A stretch of DNA of 64,000 bases, taken from Podarcis liolepis (taxonomy: Eukaryota). Position 1 is the stretch's first letter, and each line of letters begins with the position of its first letter. Positions 1-12,728 of the stretch are shown piece by piece. The translations under genes were made by a program, and so were the position numbers. The stretch lies in assembly GCA_965112155.1 (NCBI GenBank), contig OZ218111.1; one strand, 5' to 3'. The notes beneath the pieces are model-generated. The model was not told where the DNA came from. It saw nothing but the letters and a program-made list of their open reading frames with translations, and did no database searches.

Positions 1-603
1 TTTCTCTGCTGGTGGTATAAATTGCCAAATTAACCTCCTGCAGAAATAGACATGCTTGGTATGTTTGTTTTACCATCAAGCATTCCAGGAACCCAATTTA
101 TAGCTATTGTCTGGGGTGAATGTGGTATCAATACTCCGTAAGGAGAGGCCAGCGGAGGCCAGCAACCACCTGAGACCCTTATCTTGAATCTCCCCCGAGT
201 CAGCAAAAGCACAACATGCAAACAAACACTCAGCGTGTTAGTTATATATAGAACTCTCTTAGCGCATATTCAACATTCTTGTTGGCATTTAGCATTCTTA
301 GCATGTCTCTGCAGGTGTTAAATAAAACCCAAGCCCGTGCAAGCCTGAGATCTTATTATTCTAAAGCCCAGGCACGTGTACCTTTCATAAAAAGAGTTTT
401 GTAGCATCACCAAGACATTTATTTTGGGAAGCTTGCCCCATGCCTAGGGATAACTGAATCTTACCAATTCTGGTTTCACTCCGTTCCTCACTTTTCCAAT
501 CTCCACAGTTTTCAGTGCTCCTTATTTCCATATTATTTTGAAACCTGCATTTCAGCACAAATTTCTCCCAATCCACCATGTTTGTATGCAATTTTGCCTA
601 ATA

Positions 604-845
604 CAGTGGTACTTCGGGTTACATACGCTTCAGGTTACAGATGCTTCAGGTTACAGACTCCGCTAACCCAGAAATAGTGCTTCAGGTTAAGAACTTTGCT
701 TCAGGATAAGAACAGAAAGCGGGCTCTGGCAGCATGGCGGCAGCAGGAGGCCCCATTAGCTAAAGTGGTGCTTCAGGTTAAGAACAGTTTCAGGTTAAGA
801 ACAGACCTCCAGAACGAATTAAGTACTTTACCCGAGGTACCATTG
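604..845 (+). mobile_element. Tc1/mariner-type MITE, family A
   Basis: TA-flanked TIR CAGTGGTAC(C/T)TCGGGT..ACCCGAGGTACCATTG; internal cttcaggtta repeats. Confidence 0.8.
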
Positions 846-2664
846 TATGAACATTTTTTGCAAAGCAGTTCCCCCTAATATAATGCGCTTTTGTATGTTT
901 TGCGGTAATATATGCATTTCTATGCACAATTTAACCTAGTGTATCCATTTCTGCACACGTTACCTGGCTTCAGAGCTGCACTGGAAAATTTAGAGGAGTG
1001 TGAATTTTGATGGATGGATGTGCTTCACTTTGCATATTGCTTTTTGGAAAAGTGTGAATTAAGTTAGAATTGCCTTCAAAGATGAACAGACCCGAATTTC
1101 TCCCCCATCTGCAACCACAATGCTTCAATGCATCCGCACCACTCCAAAGCACTTAAAATGCAAAACAGTTGCAAAGAATCCCAGGGCGCATAAACATGGA
1201 AAGCATTCTAAATCTGAAGGCCTGCCATATAAAAATCATCTGTCCAGCAAGACAAGATCGAGAATAAGTCAGAGCTTGTGGGAGATTTAAAAAATGTTAG
1301 GGGAGGGGGGAGACCATTTGAATTGAATAATGCAACTTCTGCAATGGGTTACGTTAAGTGATTGTTTGTCCACTGCTTGAACCTTACCCAGGAATGTCTT
1401 CTGGTTTTTATGCCAGTTCTATTTGCAGATTCCAGGCCTTTATGTCAGAGGGTGAAAAATAGCTAAATCTGTTCGCTGCTGCGATTAAAACACATAGCAA
1501 ACTGACAGCAGAAAACGTATTTCTGTATAATCGCCCTGAGCAAATAGCCAATTATTTGAAGCACGTATGTCCCTCCAGTTAATTTTGTAGGCTTTTTGTC
1601 TGTGGACCGTATGCACATAATAAAACTTGAGCTGGCAGGAGGAAATGGTATGTTTTAAAGAATGCGGGGGTTTTTTGAAAGGGGAGAGTGATGAGGCCTT
1701 GCAGATATTGGGGATCGAGGGAGGCCATCTTCTAGGTGCCGCAGCAGAAAATGGACGGACAGCAGCAACAGCTACAGAGGAGAAAAGCTCGCTTTTATTT
1801 ACTATCTGCACCACTGGACACAGATGAATTCTTTTGCCCTCCTTATCAAAGTTCGTATGAAGTTTTGCAGGGATCTCCCCTTTCTGGCTCCACCAGGTCT
1901 CCATCTGATAACACCTTGTGCTCAGATCTGCTTCAGCAAACAACAGCCGCAGCAGGATCAAATGATACCACCTTCTCCGTTCATTGAAAACTGCATCACA
2001 AAGCAGGTGGGATAGCTCCCTCTGCCCTCCTTGTGTGACACGAAGGCATGTTGTAGCCAAGATGTGGAGCCGCCATCCGTTCTGCTATGACGGCAATTTG
2101 CAGTGTCTATGTGCACATTGAGAGAGTCTTCTGGGCACCTGCTTTGTTCCATCCCACCGTGGCTTGAGAATTCGGAACCACAGTGGGCCTGCACAGCTTA
2201 AATGGCAGGCTTGAGTCTCAAGTTGGAGCCACCTGGGAGATGGAACAGGTTTTGTCCTCACTCAGTAGTGTCCTTCAAGCGCAGCCATCGTTAGGTTTCC
2301 TCTATAAGTGAATATTGTCCTCTGTGGCAGGAGTGAAGAACCTTTTCGGTCCCGGGAGCGTGGCAGGTGGGTGGGGCCACCTACATGTCAATCATCTGGC
2401 GGTATCAGCTGACCGATAGGTGGGAAGTCCTGTCCTCCTTTCAAAATTGACCTGTGAGGTGGTGGTGGGGTGTTCCTCACAAGAAATGCCCTGGCAAAGC
2501 AAAATCAGGCAGGATAAGCGGACAGTTCAGCCCTGCTATTTGCTTTTCCAGCTCTTTCCCTGAAGGGAACAGTTTGGCAATGGTGTCAACTGATGACAGG
2601 TGGGGATGGTTTGGGGGAAATGGCTGGTGGGCAAAAATTGGCTCCCTGGCCAGAGTTTCCCCAC

Positions 2665-3021
2665 TGTCATGGGCCAGGATTCACCTTTTCCTGCTGAACA
2701 GCAGCCTGAAGGGGGAGTGACTCCACCTGCAGGTGATCAGCCTTCAAGGACACAAGAGGAGAAGGCACTGATGAGAACCAGCTGGCTTCAGCCTTCTTAA
2801 ACAGAGCTCTCAGCAGCAGTCAGATGCTGCAAACAACGCTTGTAGTTCGTGTTCCTACCTTGCTGCTTCCTGCTTCCTATTTGGACCCTCGAGTCTATGA
2901 TCATCTGGACTCCCTGACTTCTGGACTGTGAGACTTTGTGTGTGGATTCTGCTCCCAGGCAAGAGTTCCTCAGAGACCTCTAGCCCCTGCTTGGCAATGG
3001 AACTCAGATGGGGCTACAACA
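2665..3021. mobile_element. Solo LTR
   Basis: TGTCAT...ACAACA termini flanked by perfect 5-bp TSD CCCAC. Confidence 0.7.
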
Positions 3022-3156
3022 CCCACCCTTGTTCTGTGACGGAGGACTAAAAACACTGAGCCCATGGACATGGTTGCAGTTAGGGCAAAACCATGTGCTG
3101 AAGCTCATCACCTCTCACTGATGGCGATTCTGCACTGGGTTGCCACTGAATGGTAG

Positions 3157-3532
3157 AAAGGTAAAGGTAAAGGACTCCTGGGCAGTGCATTCCAGTCGAA
3201 TTTGACTATGAGGTGCAGAGCTCATCTCTACTTTCAGGCCAAGAGAGCCAGCATTTGTCCACCGACAGCATTTCTTTTCATCTGTCCAGCATGACTAAAC
3301 AGCTTCTGGTACAACGAAACACCATGATGGAAGCCAGAGCGCATGAAAACGCCGCTTACCTTCCCATCACAGTGGTACCTATTTATCTGGTATGGTTTTG
3401 AACTGCTGGGTTGGCAGGAGCTGGGACAAAGCAACGGGAGCCCACCCCCGTTGCACGGACTCAAACCGTCGGCCTTACAATCGGCAAGCCCAAGAGGCTC
3501 AGTGGTTTAGACCACAGCGCCACCCGCATCCC
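3157..3532 (-). mobile_element. Sauria SINE, full length
   Basis: gggatgcgggtggcgctgtgg head and (ACCTTT)n tail on -; TSD tgccactgaatgg(t/c)ag. Confidence 0.88.
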
Positions 3533-4207
3533 TGCCACTGAATGGCAGCCCCAGAGAGTTGCATAGCAGCTTCCAGGCACATTGAAATATTCATTCCTCC
3601 TCGTAAAAATGATGGGCATTCTGCCTGTTTTCTTCTTTTAAAGCAGATAACCCTTCTCCTATATCTTCTTTGCAAGGAACAATTCTGACTTGGCTATTTC
3701 TGAGCTTTTGGCATTTGTTTCCAGTTATAAATGTTGAGTGCGCACGCCTCTCCCAAAAGAAAATATCTGCAAGTGTAAAACATATATGCTCTTTGAGCGC
3801 GGCATTTATTTAATGAGTGTATTGCTTGTTTTTACTGGACCGGTTGAGAATGTGGGCAGTAAGATAATCTCTTCCTGCTTCCTTCCTCCCCCACCCCCCA
3901 TTGCAAAACAGCTGAATCAGGGAAGACATGGTGTGTCTGTGTGTAAAAGACACAGTGACATATGGAGGAGGGATAAGTTTAAAAAGTCCTCTCTGGTTTG
4001 TAGAGGGTGAGGGGAAGAAGCAGGAAAGAATCATTTATGTATGTGTGTGTGTGTTTGCGTTTGTGTATGAACTGCAATATGTAAGCTGCACTCCTATGTG
4101 TGTACACTTGTAAATTAATTCACTTACTATGCAGTGAACATTCATAGTGGTGGTGGTGATGATGATTTCTGTATATGCTGCCCATCTGACTGGGCAATTT
4201 GCAACAT

Positions 4208-4483
4208 GGGGTGAGCTCCCGTTGCTCGGTCCCTGCTCCTGCCAACCTAGCAGTTCGAAAGCACGTCAAACTGGAGTAGATAAATAGGTACCGCTCCAGC
4301 AGGAAGCTAAACGGCATTTCCGTGCGCTGCTCTGGTTTGCCAGAAGCGGCTTAGTCATGCTGGCCACATGACCCGGAAGCTGTACACCGGCTCCCTCAGC
4401 CAATAAAGCGAGATGAGCGCTGCAACCTCAGAGTCGGCCACGACTGGACCTAATGGTCAGGGGTCCCTTTACCTTTACCTTTA
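4208..4483 (+). mobile_element. Sauria SINE, 5'-truncated
   Basis: ggggtgagctcccgttgctcgg...ggggtccctttacctttaccttta. Confidence 0.88.
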
Positions 4484-4890
4484 TAAAACAATAATAGCCC
4501 AGCGGTAGGACACATGCTCTGTATGCAGAAGGCTTCCATCGCTGGCATCTCCAGGTAGGGCTGGAAGAGACATCTTCCAGAAAACCCCGAAGAGCTGGTG
4601 CTGTTCAGTGTAGACTAGTGGGAAGTCCCTGTGGTGTCCTCCATCTGTTCCTGGACTACAACTTCCATTATCTCTGAACTTTGGCTATGCTTCTCTGGGG
4701 CTGATAGGTGTTCAGGAACACCTGGAGGGCCGCAGGCTGACTCATCCCTGATGCAGAGGATGCTGAATGAGAGGGACAGTGGTCTGACTCTGTACAAAGC
4801 AGCCTCCTATCAGCAGCTGGGCCAACTTTTGAAATGACGTAAGGTCCCTAGCAGTACACTTAAGCTGTAAAAACCCCTGAAGTTCTGTGG

Positions 4891-5135
4891 CATGGGTAGG
4901 TAAACTAAGGCCCAGGGGCCGGATCTGGCCCAATCACCTTCTAAATCCTGCCCATGGATGGATCAGCATGTTTTTACATGAGTAGAATGTGTGCTTTTAT
5001 TTAAAATGCATCTCTGGGTTATTTGTGGGGCATAGGAATTCGTTCGTCGTCCCGCCCTCAAAATATAGTCCAGCCCCCCACAAGGTCTGAAGGACAGTGG
5101 ACTGGCCCCCTGCTGAAAAAGTTTGCTGGCCCCTG
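4891..5135. mobile_element. hAT-type MITE
   Basis: CATGGGTAGGTAAAC..GTTTGCTGGCCCCTG with perfect 8-bp TSD TTCTGTGG; a sister copy lies at 7265-7512. Confidence 0.8.
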
Positions 5136-5406
5136 TTCTGTGGCATCACATTGGAATAGCTGGAACAGTCAAACTTGGAAGTATGGAATCAAGATGCCAA
5201 CAAATCAAAGGGCTATTGATCTGGCGGGTGCCTATTTTGCTGATAATTTCGTTGCTTTGTTATGTTTGCTGACTGCTTTGTGGTTGTATGGCAATTAAAC
5301 AGTATATAAATCCTGTGGAATAATAGAAATTGTAATTGAAATTGAAATAAATAGAAGTTAAAGAATGGATTTATTAATGGCAAATTGTTGTTTCTTGCTC
5401 CTTTAG

Positions 5407-5582
5407 GGAAAGCAAACTACCTTCACACAGGAGAGGTGATCGATGGAGTGGACATGAGAGCAGAAGTAGGCTTGCTAAGTCGCAACATTCTCGTGATGGG
5501 AGAGATGGCCAAGGAATGCTACAATTACAACAGTGATCTGTGTTCCTTCTTTGATTTTGACACCTTTGGAGGCCATATCAAG
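5407..5582 (+). CDS. CEMIP: CEMIP (KIAA1199, hyaluronan-depolymerising protein) internal coding exon; first CEMIP exon recognisable in the window
   Basis: ttag|GG..AAG|gtatcg; encodes GKANYLHTGEVIDGVDMRAEVGLLSRNILVMGE..FDTFGGHIK, matching the recalled human CEMIP sequence; synteny with MESD/TLNRD1 favours CEMIP over CEMIP2/TMEM2. Confidence 0.95.
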
Positions 5583-6048
5583 GTATCGCTTGGTGTCTAT
5601 GTTTTGCTGATTTTTTTCCCACCCCTGTGCTGGGAAGTTTCTTCCATGTGGCTGGGGGAGTCTGACATGACATTGAGCACTTGTATCTAACATATCCAAT
5701 CTCAGACTTTATGTCGGCGGCAGAAATTTTATGGAGCGTGGGCACAATCATGCCAATAGATCTATGTGCATTTAAAGTGCAACACTTTTCAAGATGAGAA
5801 TTTATTTATGCAGCTCCTATACTGATGTGCCCTTTTGACCAAACAGCAGTCTCCTAAGCTGTGTACAAAATGATAGCAAACAATTCTAAAAAGCAAAAAA
5901 ATGTAAAGTTTTGGGGGAAAGCTAAGTGGTAGAGCATCTGCTTTGCATGCAGAAGGTTGTAGGTTAAATTCCTGGTCTGAAATCCCCAAGGGCTCCTGCC
6001 TGTCAATGTAGACAGTACATCAGCTAGATGGACCCAGTACTGAGCTAG

Positions 6049-6479
6049 TGTTAGAATTCCTGCTCCGTGATTGCAGTCATGGGATTGTTGTCTATCACAT
6101 GATGGTGTATGTTTTGACTCCACAAAGTGGGAAGTGACGGAGGCAGGATGTTTGTGTTACTGTGTTCCTTGAAGTGGGACTATTGTCCTTTGTTCTTTTT
6201 CTCTTTGCTGTCTGATGCTAGAGAGAGAGGGAGCCATGTTGCAGTGCTCCATGTGTGTTTATATGTAAATAAAGTAGATTAGCCAAAATGCTGAGTTCTA
6301 TCCCGCGAACTGTGAAGACTCTGCGGGTCCTTAAATGTGCCGATGTCTGTTGGCATCAGTCGCTGTGATGTTCAGGCAGAAGAAAGCTTTTGAAGCTCCT
6401 GAACAATCGACCAGGAGGGAGAGAACATGCCAGTCGGGCATGTGTTTCTGCCAGGGTCCTCTTTGAGTGTAGGCTGACA
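6049..6479 (+). mobile_element. Solo LTR inserted in a tRNA-derived SINE
   Basis: TGTTAG...CTGACA termini, perfect 5-bp TSD GCTAG, internal AATAAA at about 6268; splits a SINE spanning about 5915-6520. Confidence 0.75.
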
Positions 6480-6767
6480 GCTAGATGGTCTGGTTCAGTA
6501 TAAGGCAGTTTCCTATATCCTTATTGGATTGCATCCATTGTTCTACTCAAGATCCATTAGTTTCAATGGGTCTCCTAACAACTGTCAGTAGCTTTAACAA
6601 CTACACCTCCCAGAATTCTTTGGAGGAAGTGATAAGTTCTTGAAGTGGTTTGATACCACTTTAAATGTATAGTGCAGATGTGGCTTTAAAAGCGCTGGAT
6701 CACACTTGTTTGACAAATGAAAACAACAACCCTGAAAGCGTCTTGCACAAGTTTCAAGCCCGCCGGT

Positions 6768-6812
6768 TGATGATGATGATGATGATGATGATGATGTGTG
6801 TGTGTGTGTGTG
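6768..6812 (+). repeat. Compound microsatellite (TGA)n(TG)n
   Basis: Read directly; ends 15 nt before the exon acceptor at 6828. Confidence 0.95.
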
Positions 6813-6827
6813 CGTTGTGTTCTCTAG

Positions 6828-7037
6828 CTTGGCCTTGGATTTAAGTCTGTCCACATGGAAGGGATTGAACTGAAGCACATGGGCCAGCAGTCACTGGGAC
6901 ACTACCCAATCCACTTCCACATGTCCGGAGATGTGGATGAGAAGGGCGGCTACCACCCTCCTACCTACGTGAAAGATATCTCCATCCACCATGCCTTTTC
7001 TCGCTGTGTCACCATCCATGGCTCCAATGGTCTGCTG
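6828..7037 (+). CDS. CEMIP: CEMIP coding exon (210 nt, phase 0-0)
   Basis: tctctag|CTT..CTG|gtaaga; LGLGFKSVHMEGIELKHMGQQSLGHYPIHFH..SRCVTIHGSNGLL. Confidence 0.95.
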
Positions 7038-7264
7038 GTAAGAAACTTGAGATTCGTTCACCATCTCTTCCAGCACAATTCAAAGTGTTGGTGCTGCTGG
7101 TCTGCAGGTCTACCTAGGTGCAAAATAACTTCAATAACTTGGGGCAAAGTACCAGAAGGGCTGATTCCTAATGCACCAAAACAATCATTGAGATGCTCTG
7201 ATGGGGCACTTCAGTGGTGTGATGTGTCCTTGAGGTATGGCTGGCCTTCACTAGGGGCTAAGCC

Positions 7265-7512
7265 CAGGGGTAGGCAAACTAAGGCCCGGGGCCAAATCCA
7301 GCCCAATCGCCTTCTCAATCCAGCCCATGGACAGTCCAGGAATCAGCGTGTTTTTACATGTGTAGAATGTGTGCTTTTATTTAAAATGCATCTCTGGGTT
7401 TTTTGTGGGGCATAAGAATTCGTTCATTCCCCAACTGCAATATAGTCTGGCCCATCACATGGTCTGAGGGACAGTGGACCAGCCCACTGCTGAAAAAGGT
7501 TGCTGACCCCTG
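7265..7512. mobile_element. hAT-type MITE (same family as 4891-5135)
   Basis: CAGGGGTAGGCAAAC..GGTTGCTGACCCCTG; gctaagc on both flanks. Confidence 0.78.
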
Positions 7513-7615
7513 GGCTAAGCTTTCCTTTTGGCAGGCCTTGCCCTGCAAAACTCCCTTTCAGACATCTTTTGAAAGGCATATTTTTTAGGCTGGCCTTTGC
7601 AACTGAATTTGCAAA

Positions 7616-8072
7616 GGGAGTGACCACCGAGAACATATAACACCGGTCCTGAAAGACCTACATTGGCTCCCAGTACATTTCCGAGCACAATTCAAAGTTT
7701 AAAGCCCTAAACGGCCTTGGCCCAGTATACCTGAAGGGGCATCTCCACCCCCATCATCCAGCCCAGACACTGAGGTCCAGCTCCGAGGGCCTTCTGGCGG
7801 TTCCCTGACTGCAAGAAATGAGGTTACAGGGAACCAGGCAAAGGGCCTTCTTGGTGGTGGTGCCCGCCCCATGGAACGCGCTCCCATCAGATGTCAAGGA
7901 AATAAACAACTATCTGACTTTTAGAAGACATCTGAAGGCAGCCCAGTTTAGGGAAGTTTTTAATGTTTGGTGGTTTATCATGTTTTAATATTCTGTTGGG
8001 AGCCGCCCAGAGTGGCTGGGGAAACCCAGCCAGGTGGGCGGGGTATAAATAATAAATTATTCTTAATTATTA
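7616..8072 (+). mobile_element. L2 LINE 3' fragment
   Basis: HITPVLKDLHWLPV-like coding remnant; 3' end gggagccgcccagagtggctgggg..gggtataaataataaattatt. Confidence 0.75.
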
Positions 8073-9266
8073 TTTGTAAGGCGTCGATCCTGTAGTGTGG
8101 CAGCAGCCGTGCTTTGGAACTCCCTGCCTCTTGAAATTAGGCAGGAAACCCTTGCCCTCTTGGTTCCTTGTAGCCCCATTGCCCTCTGAAGTTTGGGGTG
8201 GCGGCAGCCCAGGAGATGGCATTGCCCTGGAGAGTAGCAGTCCCTGAACTGTGGAATTCCTCCCTCAAAGAGGTGTTTCTGGAACTTTCCTCATAGTTTT
8301 CATAACATGCTGGAGACACTCCTCTTTACCATATTCTCTTTACTCTGGTTTTTGTTTAGAACTCACCCTCTTCTCTTGATTGAAATCTGTTTTAATTGTT
8401 TTTAATATTTGATTCTTTTAATTGTTGTGATCAACCCTCAGAGAAAGAAATAGGGTAAGAAATAAAAATAGCAATAATATTTTAGACGCAGCTGGGAACT
8501 TTCTTGTTTTCACAAGCCTATCCAGACTTGTAAAGTGGGCAGCTATAATTGTTTTCAAAGTTTTATTGATTTTTATCTGTGTTTTTTAATAGGGATGGCT
8601 TGATTCATATTCAGTTTTTTTTAAAAAAAAAAAAACAACCACCCCTGGCTACAAGGATTTTAGCTGCGTTTCCTTCTACATTTTTATTATTTACTTCATA
8701 AAAATTAAATATCACGTGCCTGTGAAAAACACACACCACAGAGCAGCTTACAAAGGAAATGAAACAATGAAATTATCAGTTAAAAAAAAATTAAAATCAA
8801 CAATACGCTAAAATCAAACATAAATATTCTACATTTCTGGATGGGCTTGCTTAAACCATGGAGGCAGAGGATAGCAATGATGGGACAGGCTTCTCCTCTA
8901 TGGATTTGTCTAATCCTCTTTTAAAGCCATCCACCTTGGTGGCTACCGCTGCCTCTTGTGGCAAGGAGTTCCAAAGCTTAACTGTGTGCTGCATTCAGAA
9001 GTCTTTCCCTTTGTCTTTCCTGAAACTTCCAACCTTGCATGTCTACAGATTCTAGTGTTAGGAGAGAGGGTTCTTCTTAGATTAAGCATATATTAATTTG
9101 CCATAGATCAGAGTCTATGTTCCTGTTCCTGTTACTACAACTGCTTTCCGATTTGTAGCCCTATGGGGAGAGTAGCATGTCAGATGAGCAAGGAACCTAA
9201 TGGACGTATTAACTGCAAAGCAAGGATGGCCAGAGGCCAGTTAAGTGGTAGAAAGCATCCTGGTTA

Positions 9267-9624
9267 AAGGTAAAGGTAAAGGGACCCCTGACCATTAGGT
9301 CCAGTCGCAGACGACTCTGGGGTTACGGCGCTCATCTCGCTTTATTAGCCGAGGGAGCCAGTGTACAGCTTCCGGGTCATGTGGCTAGCATGACTAAGCT
9401 GCTTCTGGCAAACCAGTGCAGCACACGGAAACACTGTTTACCTTCCCACCGGAGCAGTACCTATTTATCTACTTGCACTTTGACGTGCTTTCGAACTGCT
9501 AGGTTGGCAGGAGCAGGGACCGAGCAACGGGAGCTCACCCCGTCGCGGGGATTCGAACTGCCGACCTTCTGATCAACAAGTCCTAGGCTCTGTGGTTTAA
9601 CCCACAGCGCCACCCGCACCCCAG
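9267..9624 (-). mobile_element. Sauria SINE, full length
   Basis: Same consensus as the other copies; 12-bp TSD gcatcctggtta. Confidence 0.9.
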
Positions 9625-11052
9625 GCATCCTGGTTATGGTACTGTAAATACTTCTTCTGCAGTGGCCGCACAGCTGCTGATTAACATGGGCCAATCCAAA
9701 CCCTCATCACCGATTCTAATTTTAAGCCCTGATCCTGCACATATCGATATTTTTTTTCATGGTGCTGCTGCCACCGCCAACTCAAATATTCAGAGTGTGA
9801 CATTGCAGTGGCTCAAATGGGTGGGTCGGTTTTAGAGGATTTGGAAGCATCCAGCTTCTCATTTTTGCCCTTTTCCAAGGAGCAAAATTATATTTAGTTC
9901 AAAGAAATTCTGGTCAGGAGCCACGTTCCTTCCTCGGCACTTCCACAGCCAAAAAGTAAGTAATGGGGAAGGAAACATGGTCAAGTTGATAGGAATGAAG
10001 AAAGCAGCTACCTCAAGGGATTTTTCTGGTTGCTGCTCTTATTTTACATCCATTTTGAGATGTGATTGGATGTGCACAGCCTGTTCTTTTTGCATTTCGT
10101 TGTCATTTGACCTCCTTGCATACCACTTTCTCTCTCTTTCCTCTGACACCTGTGTGTATCTAACTGCTGGCAGAGGGTAACACTGCATTTGTGGGAGTAA
10201 GCCTCATTGGACTCGGTTGGGATTACTCCTGAGTAAAACAGTACTTTCCCGGGGATCTTGTGCAAATGCATATAGAATCGCCGCTCGCACTTGGGGAACC
10301 GGTTCCACCAAAATAGCAGGGCTGTTCTCCAAGTAAAACAGTTTAGGGATTTGGATGTGAAAGCACTGACAAAATTATTGCAGCAGAAACGATATAATAA
10401 ATATATAGTCAGCATTTCAACCACAAGATGCGTTGAAAAGATGTGGATCTCTGCCCACTATCCGGATTGCAAAGCCTGTAAAGGGCTAGCTAATCTTGTA
10501 TTTAAATGATCTTACATAATTTCATCCTCTGCTAGTGGAGCAAATCTAGATAGGCTTGGGCTCCTGCCACCTTTTGCATGTAAAAACGTCTGAAATATTA
10601 CTCTCGCCAGCAGCAGTGCATTAAAAGCCCCCCACATCCTGCTTTCCTCATTACTTTGCAAATGTGTGTGTTACAATCTGCTGAGCCACAACATTAAATT
10701 CTGGCCTGATTTATGCCAAGGCTTGTTGCGGAGGGGGCTGGATGAACGCAGGGAGTATGTCATGCCAGAAACTATTGGCATACTCTATAGATTTATGGTG
10801 GATAATACTCTGAGGAATACGCAGGAGGGCCTGCTAGCTGCGGCAATGCTTGCATCTGGTGTCATTAATTCAGTTTGAGATTGACGGTGCTCCTTTGCTG
10901 GAAAGGACAAATGCCATATGAAGTCCGCCCCTGAATTTAGGAGTCCAGCATTTATAAACCCTCTGATTTAAAGCCATGCCATCTTATATGTGCATGCAGA
11001 GAAAGTGATTTAAATATATATATATTCCCAGCAAATCTAGGGGCATCCTGAC

Positions 11053-11390
11053 TGAAATTTACTCGGAGTCGAGAGTGGATTTCATGCTCTTTATTCAGCT
11101 CATAGTGGTGAGGAGGAACGGAAGTTCCCCCAGAATGTCTGCCTTATATACATTACTTACACAATGGGCCCCACGAGATTGGCTAATTCCGGGATTCTCC
11201 TGTAGGCCAATCAGGTTGCGGATTCCCATCCACCTGGAGCTGGATTGGGTGGCTCCTGTGGACCAATCAGACTGCTGCATTCTGAATCCTATTGTTCTAG
11301 GACCGATCAGACTGCTGCATTCTGAATCCTATTGTTCTAGGACCAATCAGACTGCTGCATTCTGAATCCTATTCAACTCAGTACATAACA
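11053..11390 (-). mobile_element. Solo LTR with tandem CCAAT-containing 40-bp repeats
   Basis: On -: TGTTATG...ATTTCA with TATATAAG and AATAAA; TSD CTGAC/CTGAT; about 2.8 copies of gaccaatcagactgctgcattctgaatcctattgttctag. Confidence 0.75.
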
Positions 11391-12112
11391 CTGATGCTCT
11401 TCCCAGATGTGGTTTTCACATGTTGCAATGTGGATTCCTGATTACAGTGGCAATGAAGTCAATGAAGGGCTCTTAGTACATGCTCAGGGACACACTTGGC
11501 ATCAGCCAACAACATGCAGATGCCAGAAAACCCTTGTGCGTGTCAACCCCTTCAAAATGAGCATGATGCACTCCTACAATGGAACGGTACACTGATCTGA
11601 ATCATCATCGGCTGATCTGAATCATGCCGCCTTCTTCTCTGATGGAAATAAGACATAATGACTTGCATCTGTTTTTAGCTTTAAACTGGTTTAAGAAGAA
11701 ATGTGTCCAAACCGTAATGTAGACAAGCTATAGATGGTACCTCCTTTCCTTTTTCAGGGTTCCTTTTATCTCAGGGACATCCATAGCATGCAGAAGGTCC
11801 TCAGGCTCCATCCCTGGGACACTGAGTTAAAAAGGATCAGCTTGCAGGTGATAAGAGACACTTTGCCCAAGCAGCTGCAAGCCAGAGTAGATGCTCAAAG
11901 GCTGGATCTACAAAGGTTGCATCCACAACACGGTTCCCCCCAAAGAATCATGGGAAGTGTAGTTTGTTAAGGTGTTGAGAATTGTGGCTCAGGCAAGCTA
12001 CAGCTCCCAGGATTCTTAGGGAGAGAAGCCAGGACTGTTAAAAGTGTTGCTAATGCATAGTTTGGATGTGGCCCAGTATAAGACAGCTTCCCATGCTCCA
12101 GTCCCATTAGAT

Positions 12113-12728
12113 CAGGGGTCAGCAACCTTTTTCAGCTGTGGGCCGGTCCACCATCCCTCAGACCATGTAGTGGGCCGGACTATATTGTTTTGGGGGGTGG
12201 GGGGGGAATGAATGAATTCCTATGCCCCACAAATAACCCAGAGATGCATTTTAAATAAAAGCACACATTGTACTCATAATAATATTAATAATTATTTATT
12301 ATTTATACCCCGTCCATTTGGCTGGGTTTCCCCAGCCACTCTGGGTGGCTTCCAACAGAATATTAAAATACAATAACCCTCATTTACCCATGTAAAAACA
12401 TGCTGATTCCCAGACCGTCCATGAGCCGGATTGAAGAAGAGGAAGAAGAGTTTGGATCTGATATCCCGCTTTATCACTACTCTAAGGAGTCTCAAAGCGG
12501 CTAACATTCTCCTTTCCCTTCCTCCCCCACAACAAACACTCTGTGAGGTGAGTGGGGCTGAGAGACTTCAGAGAAGTGTGACTAGCCCAAGGTCACCCAT
12601 TAGCTGCATGTGGAGGAGCGGGGAAGCGAACCCGGTTCCCCAGATTACAAGTCTACTGCTCTTAACCACTACACCACACTGGCTTTCTTAAGAAGGTGAT
12701 TGGGCCGCATCCTGCCCATGGGCCCCTG
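12113..12728. mobile_element. hAT-type MITE carrying nested L2-tail and tRNA-SINE insertions
   Basis: CAGGGG..CCCCTG with perfect 8-bp TSD CATTAGAT; L2 3' tail at about 12277-12375 and a SINE at about 12440-12686 inside. Confidence 0.78.

Noticed and set aside
1485-2060. 191-aa minus-strand ORF and overlapping plus-strand ORFs
   Set aside because: No recognisable homology or exon structure; does not match the expected preceding CEMIP exon, which appears to lie outside the window
11261-11375. 40-bp direct repeats superficially like a CRISPR array
   Set aside because: No spacers, eukaryotic context, and part of an LTR U3 region
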